The notes: generated by a model not told the origin, from the letters alone. A stretch of DNA of 56,503 bases from a virus (IMGVR_UViG_3300034180_000036:1-56503), one strand, 5' to 3'; counted from the first letter of the stretch, positions 1-10,102 are shown. Program-made: numbers and translations.

Positions 1-759
1 CGAGAACGACCAGGTGCGTCCGCCGGTGTTGCCGGCCAGGTCGTCGACCGAGACCGTGATCGACGTCGTGTCATTCATCGGCAGATCGCCGACGCGATCG
101 ATCACGACATCGATGAAGCCAGCCCCGGGCGTGATCGACGACCCCGCGCCGTTGTAGGGCGCCTGGAACACCCCGCCAGTGATCGCCGCTGCGGGGCTTC
201 CAAGCACGCCCTCGGTGAGGGTCACGTCCAGCGTGCTCGAGTCGACCCCCGAGCCGCCATCCGTGACGCGGAAGCTGACGTTCGTCGATTCTGAGACCCC
301 CGTCGCACCGTTGACGGGGCTCAAGTTCACGACCGACGGAGCGGTCTCGTCAGCCGTCGTGAACGAATAGGTGACGTCTGCGGCGTTGAGGAGCGCGCTC
401 AGGTCGGTCGCGCGCACGCGGACCGAGATCGCCGTGAGCTCGGGAAGGGCGACGGCCGGCGTGATGCTGAATCGATACCCGTTGGCGATCGCTGTGACCG
501 ATCCGGTCCACGTGCCCTGAAACGCACTGCCGCTGTAGGCGGCCTCGGGGGTGCCGGCGCCGATCGTCACATCGATGATGATGGAGCCGAGGTTGACGCC
601 CGATCCGACGTCGACGATGTCGAGGCCGATTGTCGTGTTCGTCGGAATGCCCGTCGCGGCCGGCGCCGGAGCCTGGTTGAGCACCTGTGGCGCAGCGGTG
701 TCCGCGGGCGCGGCGCCGCTCGCAGCCGGAACGATCGTCTCGATGAGGACGCGCGCCAT
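1..759 (-). CDS. Virion-associated protein with tandem Ig-like (Big/SbsA-type) domains; partial, runs off the window edge
   Basis: Not in the ORF track. Manual translation from ATG at 759 gives MARVLIETIVPAASGAAPADTAAPQVLNQAPAPAATGIPTNTTI...ADETAPSVVNLSPVNGATGVSESTNVSF...DLAGN, open to position 1. Two D-T-AP-V...P..GATGV repeats are typical of Ig-like domains. Confidence 0.7.
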   Translation of the reverse strand, partial: MARVLIETIVPAASGAAPADTAAPQVLNQAPAPAATGIPTNTTIGLDIVDVGSGVNLGSIIIDVTIGAGTPEAAYSGSAFQGTWTGSVTAIANGYRFSITPAVALPELTAISVRVRATDLSALLNAADVTYSFTTADETAPSVVNLSPVNGATGVSESTNVSFRVTDGGSGVDSSTLDVTLTEGVLGSPAAAITGGVFQAPYNGAGSSITPGAGFIDVVIDRVGDLPMNDTTSITVSVDDLAGNTGGRTWSFS

Positions 760-768
760 GAGGGCACC

Positions 769-1962
769 TTACAGCGGCATCGGGCCGAGCGCGTAGTAAT
801 CGGGGCTCGTCGACGTGAAGCGCTGAGGAGAGGCCTGGACCACCGGCGAAGCGCGCTGATCGTCGAACCAGTCGTGAGGGAAGAGCGTCGGCGTCCCCGC
901 GTACTGCCACAGGCCAGGAACGCGGCCCATCTGCCCGGGATGATCTGTCGTCGCCGAGCCCATGACCGCCGCGCGCGCGAGGAAACGGAGGTTGGCTTCG
1001 GCCGGCGAGCCGCCCGAACCGAACTCGCCACCAGACGCCGCGCCGGGCGCAGCAACGCCACCCGACAGCGCCCACACCGTGCGATATGCGTGGTCGTTCC
1101 CGCTCGAGCCGGCGCCGGTGTTCTGAAGGTCTTGGTCGCGGACGTTGTCCCAATGGAACGGGCTCGTCCAATTCGAGACGAGGTCGAGATCGTTGTTCGT
1201 TCCGACCCAGCGGAAGAGCGGTTGCGCGAGCATTCCGATTCGGGCGTCGACGTAGCTGTTCGCGAGACGCACGAAGGTGATGCTCGTCGTGGTGACGGCA
1301 GCGACGACCGCGCGTTCGGCAGCGGGGGACGTGCTCGCGTCGAACTCGGCGAGCTGAAGGACGTCGCCGGGCGTGAGGCCTGCCGTCAGGGGGTTGCCCG
1401 TCACCGTCACCGTGACGAAGCGCCCCGCCGTGATGCCCGCCGTCGGTGTGAAGACGTCGGGCACCACGCCAACGCCGTCGCGGATCATTCGACCCATGAA
1501 CATCGAGAAGACCGATCCGGTGTGCGCCGTGTTCTGGAAGAAGGCCCAGATCGAATCGAGGTCGGCACGGATCTGAAAGTCCATCGCTTCTTCCGTCGCG
1601 ATGTTCCAGTTGTCGAGCGTCCCGACTCCCGCCCCTGTCGTGACGCCGATTTCGCCCTCGAGCGCGTTCGACGCATCGAGCTTCGCGCCCAAGAGGAATT
1701 GGATCCGAGTCGAATCGAGGATGATGCGCATGCCGATCTGTTCGGCAGCGGACTCGCCGGTCGAGTAGAAGACCGAGTCACGCGTCGCGAGGCTGTTTTC
1801 GCTCCATCCGGCCGCGAGCAACGCCGTTTGCAGCGCATCCCACATTCCCGCGCGAGTCGACGGCGCCGCGCGCTGCGTCGTTCCTGTGCGCGTCGTGTCG
1901 AACACGGTCCCTGACGGCGAAGCGTCGGGGACGTTGGGCGTGTACTCGTAGATCAGCGTCAT
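769..1962 (-). CDS. Putative tail/baseplate-associated structural protein (397 aa), paralogous to 2244..4649
   Basis: G/T/S-rich ORF downstream of baseplate J; shares collinear motifs with the C-terminal part of 2244..4649. Confidence 0.6.
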   Translation of the reverse strand: MTLIYEYTPNVPDASPSGTVFDTTRTGTTQRAAPSTRAGMWDALQTALLAAGWSENSLATRDSVFYSTGESAAEQIGMRIILDSTRIQFLLGAKLDASNALEGEIGVTTGAGVGTLDNWNIATEEAMDFQIRADLDSIWAFFQNTAHTGSVFSMFMGRMIRDGVGVVPDVFTPTAGITAGRFVTVTVTGNPLTAGLTPGDVLQLAEFDASTSPAAERAVVAAVTTTSITFVRLANSYVDARIGMLAQPLFRWVGTNNDLDLVSNWTSPFHWDNVRDQDLQNTGAGSSGNDHAYRTVWALSGGVAAPGAASGGEFGSGGSPAEANLRFLARAAVMGSATTDHPGQMGRVPGLWQYAGTPTLFPHDWFDDQRASPVVQASPQRFTSTSPDYYALGPMPL

Positions 1963-1965
1963 GGC

Positions 1966-2247
1966 CTACCCCTGATTCACGATCGGCACGAGGTCGGGGA
2001 TGAACGTCGGCGGATGCGTCTCTTGCGGAACGAGATCCCGAAGTTCGTCTTCGCCGTCGGCTGCCACTACCAGAGCGCCGCCCGACAAGACACCTTGATC
2101 GAGCGGAACGAGAATGAACGTCGCGAGGTCGTCGAAGGTGGGCTCATAGGTCTCGACGACCTCCCCGAGCTCAAGAACGTCATGAGGCACGAGCTCGAGC
2201 AGGGTGTCGACGGCCGGAATGACCGTTTCGATCACCCGACGGGTCAT
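1966..2247 (-). CDS. Small acidic hypothetical protein (93 aa)
   Basis: ATG at 2247 overlaps the upstream stop (ATGA) and reads MTRRVIETVIPAVDTLLELVP...; it is the plausible C-terminal part of tracked ORF 1966..3660. Confidence 0.6.
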   Translation of the reverse strand: MTRRVIETVIPAVDTLLELVPHDVLELGEVVETYEPTFDDLATFILVPLDQGVLSGGALVVAADGEDELRDLVPQETHPPTFIPDLVPIVNQG

Positions 2248-4649
2248 GCCGGCCTCGCCATTGCGGCCGGCATAGGACCCAGCAACATCGTGATGGGCGG
2301 CAACGTCGTGACCGCGAGGTCGCCGTCTGGATCGTTGAATGGAGACGGAAGCGCGAGATACCACTCGCCCGCCCGATTCGCGATTACGCCGCCGCTGCCC
2401 GCTCGTGCCGACGCAATCGCGAAGTGCGGGATGTAGCCGCGCGTCGCGTCGCCGTTCGGATCCGTCACCACCACGCGATGCGCACCCATGTGACCGCTCG
2501 ACTGATTCGGCTGTGACGTCGAGACGTTCGTGTCCGCCCCCTCGAGACGGCACGCCATGTCGAAGCCCGAGTTCACGAGCGTCGGGCTGTTCACGTCGTG
2601 ATAGGTCGCATCGCTGAACGCGTGACGGTTCCCGACGCGGACACTTCCGTTCGTGATCGACGTCCACGGGTTCGTGGCATGGGGGAACTTCGAAACGTAG
2701 ATCGGTTGCGGGTCTTCGCCCACGAGCGCGCCCGCGAGGTAGTCCTCGCTGAGGTTGGCGACCGTGATTCCATAGCCGCCGCCACCCATACCCGTCGCGA
2801 CGAAGCCGCTGTCGCCGACCGTTTCCGTCATCGAGACGTTGCCGACCCCGCCAGCGGTCCCATGAACGAGATCGACACGCGCCGTGTCGCCGATGGACGG
2901 CGTGATGTTCACCGTCCCGGTGCCGATCGCGGTGATCAGACGATCGCGCATCGTCGTCGCGCTCGGAGCGCCGGACGTGTCGACGAGGATGTTCCCGCCG
3001 GTGGGCGTCGCGTCGTCGCGGAATTCGTACGTGTCCGTGTTCCCTTCGCCGTCGTTGATGACGAGGGTCTCGCCGTTCACGTGAGAGGCGCCGGCGATCG
3101 TCGTGACGGTGCCGATGGCCGGCAGTAGGCCGGGGAGTGCCGTGATCGTCGTGCTTTCGATGAACTCGCCGCTGTGCGAGGTCTCCGCCGTGATGCCGGC
3201 GCGGACGTCCTGCCCGACGATCTGGAGACGATCGCCGACGGCGTAGGCCGTGCCCGAGCTCGGCGAAGCCGGGTTCTCGCCGTTCGCGGTGCCGGGCCCG
3301 CCGATGCGCAGCGTGACGCTCGTGCCGTTCGTCACGGGCCACGACAGCCGCCAATTCGTGACGGGCGTCTGTCCGCGCGGCGCGAGCTGACCGAAGCTCA
3401 CGTAGCTCGAACCGTACCCTTCGAGGTCGAACCAGATGTGCATGGCGTCGAGGTCGCCGAAGATCGCGTAGTTGTAGGTGCAGAGCTGGCCGCCGCGCGT
3501 GGTCACCTTCGCGTTCTCGCGAGCGAACTGCGAAGCGGCCGTGCCGTGATAGGGCGTCGCCCACGCAAGGAAGTCGGGGATCGCGCTGCCGTTGAGCATG
3601 TCGGGATGCCACAGCGGCCCGTTCGTGTTCGTGTTTGCTCCGTCGAACGAAGTCGCCCAACTGTTGTTGGTTGCATTGCCTCCGCGGCAGATGTTCACCC
3701 CGTTGCCTTCGTTCGTGCCTCCGTTCACGAACGAACGGTCATAGGCTGAGATCATCGAGAAGTCCCAGCCGTGTTGACCCGACGTACCCACGCCGACACC
3801 GTTGGCGTTGTTGCCGCCGAGCACACGCGCGTAGAGCTCTTTTTGTCCATCCTCGCCCTGCGAGTAGTAGATCCGATCCCAGACGATCCGGCGTCCGGCG
3901 CCGGCGCCGTCGTTCTTCCCGCGATCGTGGTGGATGGCCCAGCCGCACAAGAGCATCGCCTTGTGGATCGCGTGCCCGATATCTTCCGGCGTGAAGACCG
4001 GCGGGTCGCGCATCTCCCACGCGAGGCTCGAGGCCGTCGGGAACGTGCTGATCGCGTCAGGGTGTGGCGACGAGATCGTGACGACGGTCCCGGACGTGCG
4101 CCCGCTGATCTCCCACGGCAGCCATCGGAGCTGAAGATCCGAAGCGGTCGGGAAGAAGATTGCACGACCCACCGTCGGCCCGTTGTTGGTGCGAACCGCC
4201 GGGAAGGGGCCACCGCCGCCGCCGAGCGGACCTTCGTCCGTGGGGAACGTGTTCGCGGTGCCGACCGTGAACGTCGCGCTCGCGTGGATGATGTACGTGA
4301 CGCCGGTCCCAGCGACGGACGCGCGGAAGCCTTCGACCGTCGCCCAGGCGCCGCCACCGTCGACCGCGGTGATGCGCCCCGTGAAGTTCTCGTGTCGCCG
4401 CGTACCCGAACCCGCGGGCGATGCCGACGCCGGCGGAGTTGTTCGGAACGTTACGAGCCGCCCCACGTCCGCCGCCGTGAACGGCGTATCGACGTTGTTG
4501 TAGATCCGCCCGCGCTCCGCCTCTGAGCCGATCTGGAAGGCGCCGTTCGTGTTCTCGACGCGCGCCGCGGGCGCCGAGACGGCGCCGTCGGGAGCGCCGA
4601 AGGGGCTTCGACGCCAAAGGGTGCGGGTGTTGATCAAGGTCGCGGTCAT
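2244..4649 (-). CDS. Large tail fibre/baseplate-associated structural protein (~801 aa)
   Basis: Start MTATLINTRTLW at 4649 overlaps the baseplate J stop (ATGA); G/T/N-rich beta-type sequence; position after baseplate J. Confidence 0.65.
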   Translation of the reverse strand: MTATLINTRTLWRRSPFGAPDGAVSAPAARVENTNGAFQIGSEAERGRIYNNVDTPFTAADVGRLVTFRTTPPASASPAGSGTRRHENFTGRITAVDGGGAWATVEGFRASVAGTGVTYIIHASATFTVGTANTFPTDEGPLGGGGGPFPAVRTNNGPTVGRAIFFPTASDLQLRWLPWEISGRTSGTVVTISSPHPDAISTFPTASSLAWEMRDPPVFTPEDIGHAIHKAMLLCGWAIHHDRGKNDGAGAGRRIVWDRIYYSQGEDGQKELYARVLGGNNANGVGVGTSGQHGWDFSMISAYDRSFVNGGTNEGNGVNICRGGNATNNSWATSFDGANTNTNGPLWHPDMLNGSAIPDFLAWATPYHGTAASQFARENAKVTTRGGQLCTYNYAIFGDLDAMHIWFDLEGYGSSYVSFGQLAPRGQTPVTNWRLSWPVTNGTSVTLRIGGPGTANGENPASPSSGTAYAVGDRLQIVGQDVRAGITAETSHSGEFIESTTITALPGLLPAIGTVTTIAGASHVNGETLVINDGEGNTDTYEFRDDATPTGGNILVDTSGAPSATTMRDRLITAIGTGTVNITPSIGDTARVDLVHGTAGGVGNVSMTETVGDSGFVATGMGGGGYGITVANLSEDYLAGALVGEDPQPIYVSKFPHATNPWTSITNGSVRVGNRHAFSDATYHDVNSPTLVNSGFDMACRLEGADTNVSTSQPNQSSGHMGAHRVVVTDPNGDATRGYIPHFAIASARAGSGGVIANRAGEWYLALPSPFNDPDGDLAVTTLPPITMLLGPMPAAMARPA

Positions 4650-6823
4650 GGGTTCACCGAAAGCGAGAACGTTCCCGCAACGGGGAGCTCTCGGGGTTGA
4701 AGGGTGAGATCCGTCGCCGGCGTCGAGATGTCGACGTCGGTGGCGGTCGGATCGGCGGCGAAGATCTCGTGCGTCAGGCGCGAAACAGGGACCCGCCCGC
4801 CGAAGTCCCACGTGAAGGTGACGCCGTCATCTTCCACGGCTTCGGGGAGCAGGATGCGCGCGAGAGCGTTTCCGATCGTCGTTGCGGTCGAGTTGCGGCC
4901 CGCCTGAATCACCGCCGTGATATCGATGACGCGCGGGACGTAGTTCACCGCAACGACCTGCGAGTTCGCGACGAAGCGCTTCGGAATGGGCGGGTCTGCG
5001 AAGGGATCGCCGTTGAAGAAGCTCGAGATGGCGTCGAGCTGTGCTTGCGTGAGCAGCGCCCCGCCGGCGGCAACCACGACGAGCTCGACAGTCTTCGGCC
5101 CGAAGCCTTCTTCGATCGCCGCGGCGCGAGTGATCAGCGGAAGCGTCGCGTCGTAGTTTCGCGCACGAAGCACCAGGTCGATCGCGTCGTCGGGACCGAT
5201 CGCAACGCCGCGCGTTCGAAGAGAGGCCGGCCCCGCGATCTTCGCGCGGGCGAGCGACTCGGGCGTCGAACCTTCGGGCGCGGCCCATCCGGTCGCCCGT
5301 CGCGCGTTGAAGATCGTTCCGACGTACGTCAGGCCCGTCTTGTCGACGATGATGGTCCGGGCGCCGACGTTCCCATCGAGCTCGCCGCCGTATCGATACT
5401 CGGTTCGGATGTTGGCCGAACCGGTCGCGGGGATCGCCCCGGTCACGCCGTCGCCGAACTGAACGATCATGCGGCCGTCGTCGTCCGTGTCGATCGTGAA
5501 GTGCCGATCGGTCGGCGCGCTGGAAAGCAAGCTCTCTTGCCGCGTCCATTCGACGTCGTCGACCCACACACGCGCGGTGTCGTCGAGGTAGTTCTTCCGC
5601 GCGCCCACGAACTGTTGGTTGACCGAGCCGTCGCTTGAGCCGAGCGGATTCTCGGCCTGTGTCTGCCCCTGAGTCACAAGCCGCTTCACGTACTGGTTGC
5701 GCTGTGCGATGTCGATCAGATCGATGATCGGAGCCGTCGGCGCGCTCACCGTGATGATGCGGTATCGCATCCAATAGCCCGACGTCGAGTTGATGGTGCC
5801 CGGATCCCAATTCTCGGTGATCGACTGCGGAAGGTCGAAGTCGACGTTCCCCGACGCTTGAAGATCGATGGTCCCGTCGGTGAGGTTCGTGAACCTCACC
5901 CAGGGGCCGCCCACGGTGTAGTCGTCGACGAGCGTCGAAGGCGAGCTTTGCCCGAGCAAGCCGGTCGTCGTCACGACGTTCACGCCGCCGACGAAATCGC
6001 TGAAGAGGTCTTCGAACGCACCTGTCGAGTTGAGCCGCACACGGATCGGCGTGCCGCGCAGATCCGTCGTGCCGAGATAGTCGGTCAGGTCGAAGGTCAG
6101 CGTCGTCCCGTTGTCCGTGACGAGCGTCGGGTTCGCCTTGTCGAAGCGGCCGTCGTAGTATTCCCAAACGCCGGTCAGGCCAGCGCCGGGCGTGTCGAAC
6201 GTGAGCGCGACGCGATCCCACATCGCTTCGGGATGCGAGAAGAGGAGCGAGTCGCCTTCACGCGCGGCACTGCCGCCCACCGGCGTCACCCACGGGGTGA
6301 TCTCGTTCCCCGCCGTCCCCAGATTTGCGAGCGCCGTGACGTCGGTGTAGACGCCATCTTCCACAGCAAACGCGGACCCGACCTGATCGGTTCGCGTGAC
6401 AGAGAGCGCGACGAGGGCTTCGAAGACCCGAGCCGGATCCGTCGGCGTCGAGCGCGTTGCCACCTGCGCAGCCAGCGGGATCACTTCGACCGTCGCAGAA
6501 AGCACTTGCGCGAGCTGATACACGACTTCGGTCTGAGCAGGGCTCGCGGTGGCGAGCCGGTAGTCGATCAGCTCGAGCAGGTTCGCCACCGACGCGCGAA
6601 GCTGGGCCGTCGGAAGCGTGCTCTCGTTCGCCGCCATGTCGACGCGCACGGCGTTGATGTGACCGACGAGCCCGAGCATGCGCTCGAGCTGGATCATCGG
6701 CTCTTGGTCGCTCTCGTCGGTCAGCTCGGGGACGTTGCGCCGGCCGTACTCGCGAAGCGCCTCGATGAGGTCCGCGTAGTAGAAGGCGCCGAAGCGAAAG
6801 CTGGGAATGTCGATAGTCGCCAC
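4646..6823 (-). CDS. Baseplate J/wedge protein (T4 gp6/gpJ-like, 725 aa)
   Basis: N-terminal PELTDESDQEP..QLERM, ANESTLPTAQLRASV..L..LIDYRL; later LGSSDGSVNQQF, VQFGDGVTGAIP, YRYGG..DGNV, ES..RAK..GP. Confidence 0.9.
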   Translation of the reverse strand: MATIDIPSFRFGAFYYADLIEALREYGRRNVPELTDESDQEPMIQLERMLGLVGHINAVRVDMAANESTLPTAQLRASVANLLELIDYRLATASPAQTEVVYQLAQVLSATVEVIPLAAQVATRSTPTDPARVFEALVALSVTRTDQVGSAFAVEDGVYTDVTALANLGTAGNEITPWVTPVGGSAAREGDSLLFSHPEAMWDRVALTFDTPGAGLTGVWEYYDGRFDKANPTLVTDNGTTLTFDLTDYLGTTDLRGTPIRVRLNSTGAFEDLFSDFVGGVNVVTTTGLLGQSSPSTLVDDYTVGGPWVRFTNLTDGTIDLQASGNVDFDLPQSITENWDPGTINSTSGYWMRYRIITVSAPTAPIIDLIDIAQRNQYVKRLVTQGQTQAENPLGSSDGSVNQQFVGARKNYLDDTARVWVDDVEWTRQESLLSSAPTDRHFTIDTDDDGRMIVQFGDGVTGAIPATGSANIRTEYRYGGELDGNVGARTIIVDKTGLTYVGTIFNARRATGWAAPEGSTPESLARAKIAGPASLRTRGVAIGPDDAIDLVLRARNYDATLPLITRAAAIEEGFGPKTVELVVVAAGGALLTQAQLDAISSFFNGDPFADPPIPKRFVANSQVVAVNYVPRVIDITAVIQAGRNSTATTIGNALARILLPEAVEDDGVTFTWDFGGRVPVSRLTHEIFAADPTATDVDISTPATDLTLQPRELPVAGTFSLSVNP

Positions 6824-6826
6824 GTC

Positions 6827-7216
6827 TCACGCTCCGAATTGGCTGATCGCGGACAGCTTACGCCGAAACGTCTCGGGTCTGTCGGTCTCGAGGTCGATGT
6901 AACGGAAGCTGAGCACGAGCTCGCCTTCGGTCTCGCGCGTGAACGCGATCGATTCGGGCACGAGACGAAACCGCTTGTCGGTCTCGAACCGCGAGAAGAT
7001 CACGATGAGCCGTCGACGGATCAGCGCTTGCTGAACCGGATCCGACAGCCCGAAGACGTGGCCATATCCGAGATTCCTGTCGAGCTCGAAGGCGTTCTCG
7101 GTCTCGTCGGCCCCGAGCGCGACGAGGAGCAGCTTGATCGCCTGGTCGGCCCCGGAGAGCAACGGCGTGCCGCCCGAGGGGCCAGGACGAACAGGAAGCG
7201 GAAGGCCGGTCGACAT
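6827..7216 (-). CDS. Baseplate wedge subunit, GPW/gp25-like (129 aa)
   Basis: Size, position directly upstream of baseplate J, GLPLP N-terminus and ELVLSFRYIDLET C-terminal pattern. Confidence 0.7.
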   Translation of the reverse strand: MSTGLPLPVRPGPSGGTPLLSGADQAIKLLLVALGADETENAFELDRNLGYGHVFGLSDPVQQALIRRRLIVIFSRFETDKRFRLVPESIAFTRETEGELVLSFRYIDLETDRPETFRRKLSAISQFGA

Positions 7217-7219
7217 CGT

Positions 7220-7543
7220 TCACTCAAAGGGGCACGCAGGGAGCTCAGGAAGCGCCGGGAGTGCCGGACCCGAAGGTAGCGCGATCGTCGGGACGGGGAG
7301 GGAGATCGTCGGGAGTGTCGGCAAGACGCCCAATTCTATGCTTGGCAATGCTGGCAATGTTGGAAGCGCGGGGCCGGCCGGCACCGCGATCGTCGGGACG
7401 GGGAGGGAGATCGAAGGCAGCGACGGAAGAGACACGTCCGCGCTCAGCGAGGGGAGAGCAGGAAGCGCCGGCCCGGCCGGCGGCGCGATCGTCGGAACGG
7501 GCAACGCAGGAACCGGAAGCGCTGGGAAGTTGCACGACGGCAT
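7220..7543 (-). CDS. Pro/Leu-rich repeat protein (107 aa)
   Basis: ATG at 7543 overlaps the upstream stop; three copies of LPVPTIAxPxGPALPxLP; Cys near both ends. Confidence 0.6.
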   Translation of the reverse strand: MPSCNFPALPVPALPVPTIAPPAGPALPALPSLSADVSLPSLPSISLPVPTIAVPAGPALPTLPALPSIELGVLPTLPTISLPVPTIALPSGPALPALPELPACPFE

Positions 7544-7983
7544 CAGGACCAGGGTACAGGGCTCGCCGGCGGGATCGTCACCGTTCCCGTGATCGCCCAT
7601 GCGACGGTCGTCGCCGCGATCGAAGCGGCGGGGATGTTCGGGTCGTTGATCGGCGGGAGCGGCGGGGGCACGTAGAGCGCCGGAGGCGGGACCACAGCCT
7701 GTGGGGGCGTGGCGGCCACCATGAGCGCTGTGAAGGCCGCGTAGCCGGCGCCCAGCGCGACGGCGCCGACACCAGGCACCGGAGAGACCAACGGCGCCAT
7801 GGCGGCGCTCATGGCCGCCTCGGCGGCGCTGAGAACGCCAGGGAGCGGGGTGGGGAGCGCGACCGGGGCGAAGAAGGCGCCCAAGGCGGCGGCCCAGCGG
7901 TCCGCTGTCTCTTGCGCGTCAGCCGGCGGGTTCACCGACAGGTCGACGATGGCCGCCGTGAATCCACCTACATCGAAAGGCAT
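7543..7983 (-). CDS. Hypothetical baseplate-region protein (146 aa, Ala/Pro-rich)
   Basis: Translationally coupled to the spike gene (TGATG overlap). Confidence 0.6.
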   Translation of the reverse strand: MPFDVGGFTAAIVDLSVNPPADAQETADRWAAALGAFFAPVALPTPLPGVLSAAEAAMSAAMAPLVSPVPGVGAVALGAGYAAFTALMVAATPPQAVVPPPALYVPPPLPPINDPNIPAASIAATTVAWAITGTVTIPPASPVPWS

Positions 7984-8981
7984 CAGGACACCGTGACCGT
8001 CGCGGACGCAACCGCCGGGAGCAAGGGCACGACGGGCGGCGAGCTCGGGCCGAAGGCCGTCAGGTGGATGTGCGTGTCGAAGCTCGCTTGAAGCTCAACG
8101 AAGCGCGCGACGGGTGACGATGGCGCGGCCCCGAGCGTGGTCTGAGCTCCGCGCACGTTCACGGTCGCGCCGTCGACGTTCACGGTCCCGCCCTGCGAGT
8201 TGACGTTGACGGTGCGTGCGGCGCCCGACTGGACCGTGACGTCCGCGCCGGCCTGCACCGTGACGTTCGAGCCAGCGTTGATGAGCGTGTCACCCTGCGC
8301 ATTCACAGAGATCGATGCGCTCGTCGTCTCGATCGTGTTCCCGTGGCGGTCGATGATCGCCACGCCGGCTGAGCGAGTCGTGATCACGTTCCCGTGCTCG
8401 TCGATGATCATGAACTCGCCGGCTTCCGCGTTGAAGAAGATCGTCGAGCCGGTCCGGTTCTGAATCACGATCGAGCCGTTCGGCTGGAAGTCGAGGAAGG
8501 CCGTTCCGCCGTCGCTCGGGCGCGTCCATGCGAGAAGAATCCGCTCGGCGCCTTCGGTGTCGTCGAACACGAGGAAGTGACCGGTCGGCGTGGCGAAGCC
8601 GCGGCGCTTGCCATGGTTCGTCGCGGTGAAGATCGCGTTCGGCGGGCGAGGAGCCTCACCCTCTTCGCTCGCGAAGCGACGCCCGGTCCATCGGAATCGA
8701 GGTTCGTCGATGAACGCTTGGTTCGGCACGTCTTCGGTCGTCTCGTCCGAGGTCACCGCTTCGATCTCAATCTCTTCGCCGACATCAGGAACGGTGAACC
8801 ATCCCCATTGCCAAACAGGCTCGATCGCATCCGGAAGCTCTTGCTCGTCGTCGCCAGTGATGTCGGCGCACTTCACGAACACGCGCCCGCGCGGGGGTGA
8901 ATCGTCCGCGAGCCGAGTGACGATCGCGGAGAAGCGTTCGACGATGACGGTCACAGCACCTTCCTCGCGGAGAACTCGCAT
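7983..8981 (-). CDS. Baseplate central spike (gpV/gp5/VgrG-like)
   Basis: N-terminal OB-like GRVFV...WGWFTVPDVGEEIEIE; TPTGHFLVFDDTEGAERI; beta-helix repeats; C-terminal FDTHIH metal-binding tip motif. The true start may be slightly downstream. Confidence 0.85.
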   Translation of the reverse strand: MRVLREEGAVTVIVERFSAIVTRLADDSPPRGRVFVKCADITGDDEQELPDAIEPVWQWGWFTVPDVGEEIEIEAVTSDETTEDVPNQAFIDEPRFRWTGRRFASEEGEAPRPPNAIFTATNHGKRRGFATPTGHFLVFDDTEGAERILLAWTRPSDGGTAFLDFQPNGSIVIQNRTGSTIFFNAEAGEFMIIDEHGNVITTRSAGVAIIDRHGNTIETTSASISVNAQGDTLINAGSNVTVQAGADVTVQSGAARTVNVNSQGGTVNVDGATVNVRGAQTTLGAAPSSPVARFVELQASFDTHIHLTAFGPSSPPVVPLLPAVASATVTVS

Positions 8982-10102
8982 CGGTATCCGCTGTCCGCGA
9001 ACTTGTGCCGCACGCGAACGAATTCGTATTGGTCATCGAAGAGGCGGCCGAGCCCGAGGATCTCGTGCGTCTGACGCGCGCGCAGATCGCTCACGCCGAT
9101 CACTTCGCCGCGCCCGACCACGAAGTTGTCACGCTGTCGCCGGAACCAGTTTCGAGCCCAGAGCTTGACCTCGGCGGCGTTCGAGAAGGCCTTCCGCGTC
9201 ATGGTCGTCACGCTGTACTCGCCGACGATGATCTTCGCGAAGGTCGGCGGCGGCAAGGGGCCTTCAACCTCGTCGTCGACGTCGCCGGCGAAGACCGTGT
9301 CGATCTCTTCCGAAGAGTCGTCGGTGACCTCTTCGTCGAACGTCTTCCCCGTGAGCGGATTCCGAACGATCACCTTGAGCGCGGTGCGGTAGCCTCGAAA
9401 CTTGTACGTCGGTGAGAACGAGAGAAGCGTCGAGAGCGAGCTCGTGCTGTAGCGGAAGCGGTATGCCTTGTCCTGGTAGGAAGGCAACGACTCGGGCTTT
9501 TTGAAGTGCAGCGTCGCAGTGCCGAGCGGATCGTGGTCGACCCAGAAGACGAAGCCCGTCAGGTTGGCGAGCCCTTTCACGAGGTCGTAGTCCGACATGC
9601 CCGTCTTCTGCGTGACCGACTTCCCGATGCTGAAGTCGTCCGCGTCGAGGTCCATCCCGTAGACGTTGGCCTTCTCTTCGAGGATCTCGCGGATTTGAGC
9701 GTTGCGCCACGTGCGCTTGTTCTTCTGTTTGCGCGTCTTGCCGTCGGTGAGCTTCGCCGGTCCGTCATCCATCATCGCGTGGTCGCGCGTGTAGCCGACG
9801 ATTTCGATGGTCGGCATCGCGTCCGCCGGGAAGAAGAACTTCGGCTCGACGATCTGGACCCCGCCGATGAACTCGGTACGATCGCCATACCCGCCGAAGA
9901 GCGAGACCTCGTTTCCTGCCGTCCAGAGCTTGGACGAGCTCAGCTTCGCGTCGACGTTCGCGATCTTGATCTTCAGAAGGTCCGCGATCCCGTCGCTGCT
10001 CTCGTACTCGACCGACGTGACCGCGCGCATGATGTCGGGACCGAGATTGATCCCGTTGACCTGAAGGTCGAACGCTGGCGCGAGGTCCCGCCCTTCCATC
10101 AC
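8951..10102 (-). CDS. Baseplate hub protein (late control gpD/gp27-like)
   Basis: APAFDLQVNG, GNEVSLFGGY, QKTGMSDYDLVKGLA..GFVFWV, and G..DLRA..T.EI.GLG..FD.QY..V.H motifs. Confidence 0.85.
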   Translation of the reverse strand: MMEGRDLAPAFDLQVNGINLGPDIMRAVTSVEYESSDGIADLLKIKIANVDAKLSSSKLWTAGNEVSLFGGYGDRTEFIGGVQIVEPKFFFPADAMPTIEIVGYTRDHAMMDDGPAKLTDGKTRKQKNKRTWRNAQIREILEEKANVYGMDLDADDFSIGKSVTQKTGMSDYDLVKGLANLTGFVFWVDHDPLGTATLHFKKPESLPSYQDKAYRFRYSTSSLSTLLSFSPTYKFRGYRTALKVIVRNPLTGKTFDEEVTDDSSEEIDTVFAGDVDDEVEGPLPPPTFAKIIVGEYSVTTMTRKAFSNAAEVKLWARNWFRRQRDNFVVGRGEVIGVSDLRARQTHEILGLGRLFDDQYEFVRVRHKFADSGYRCEFSARKVL

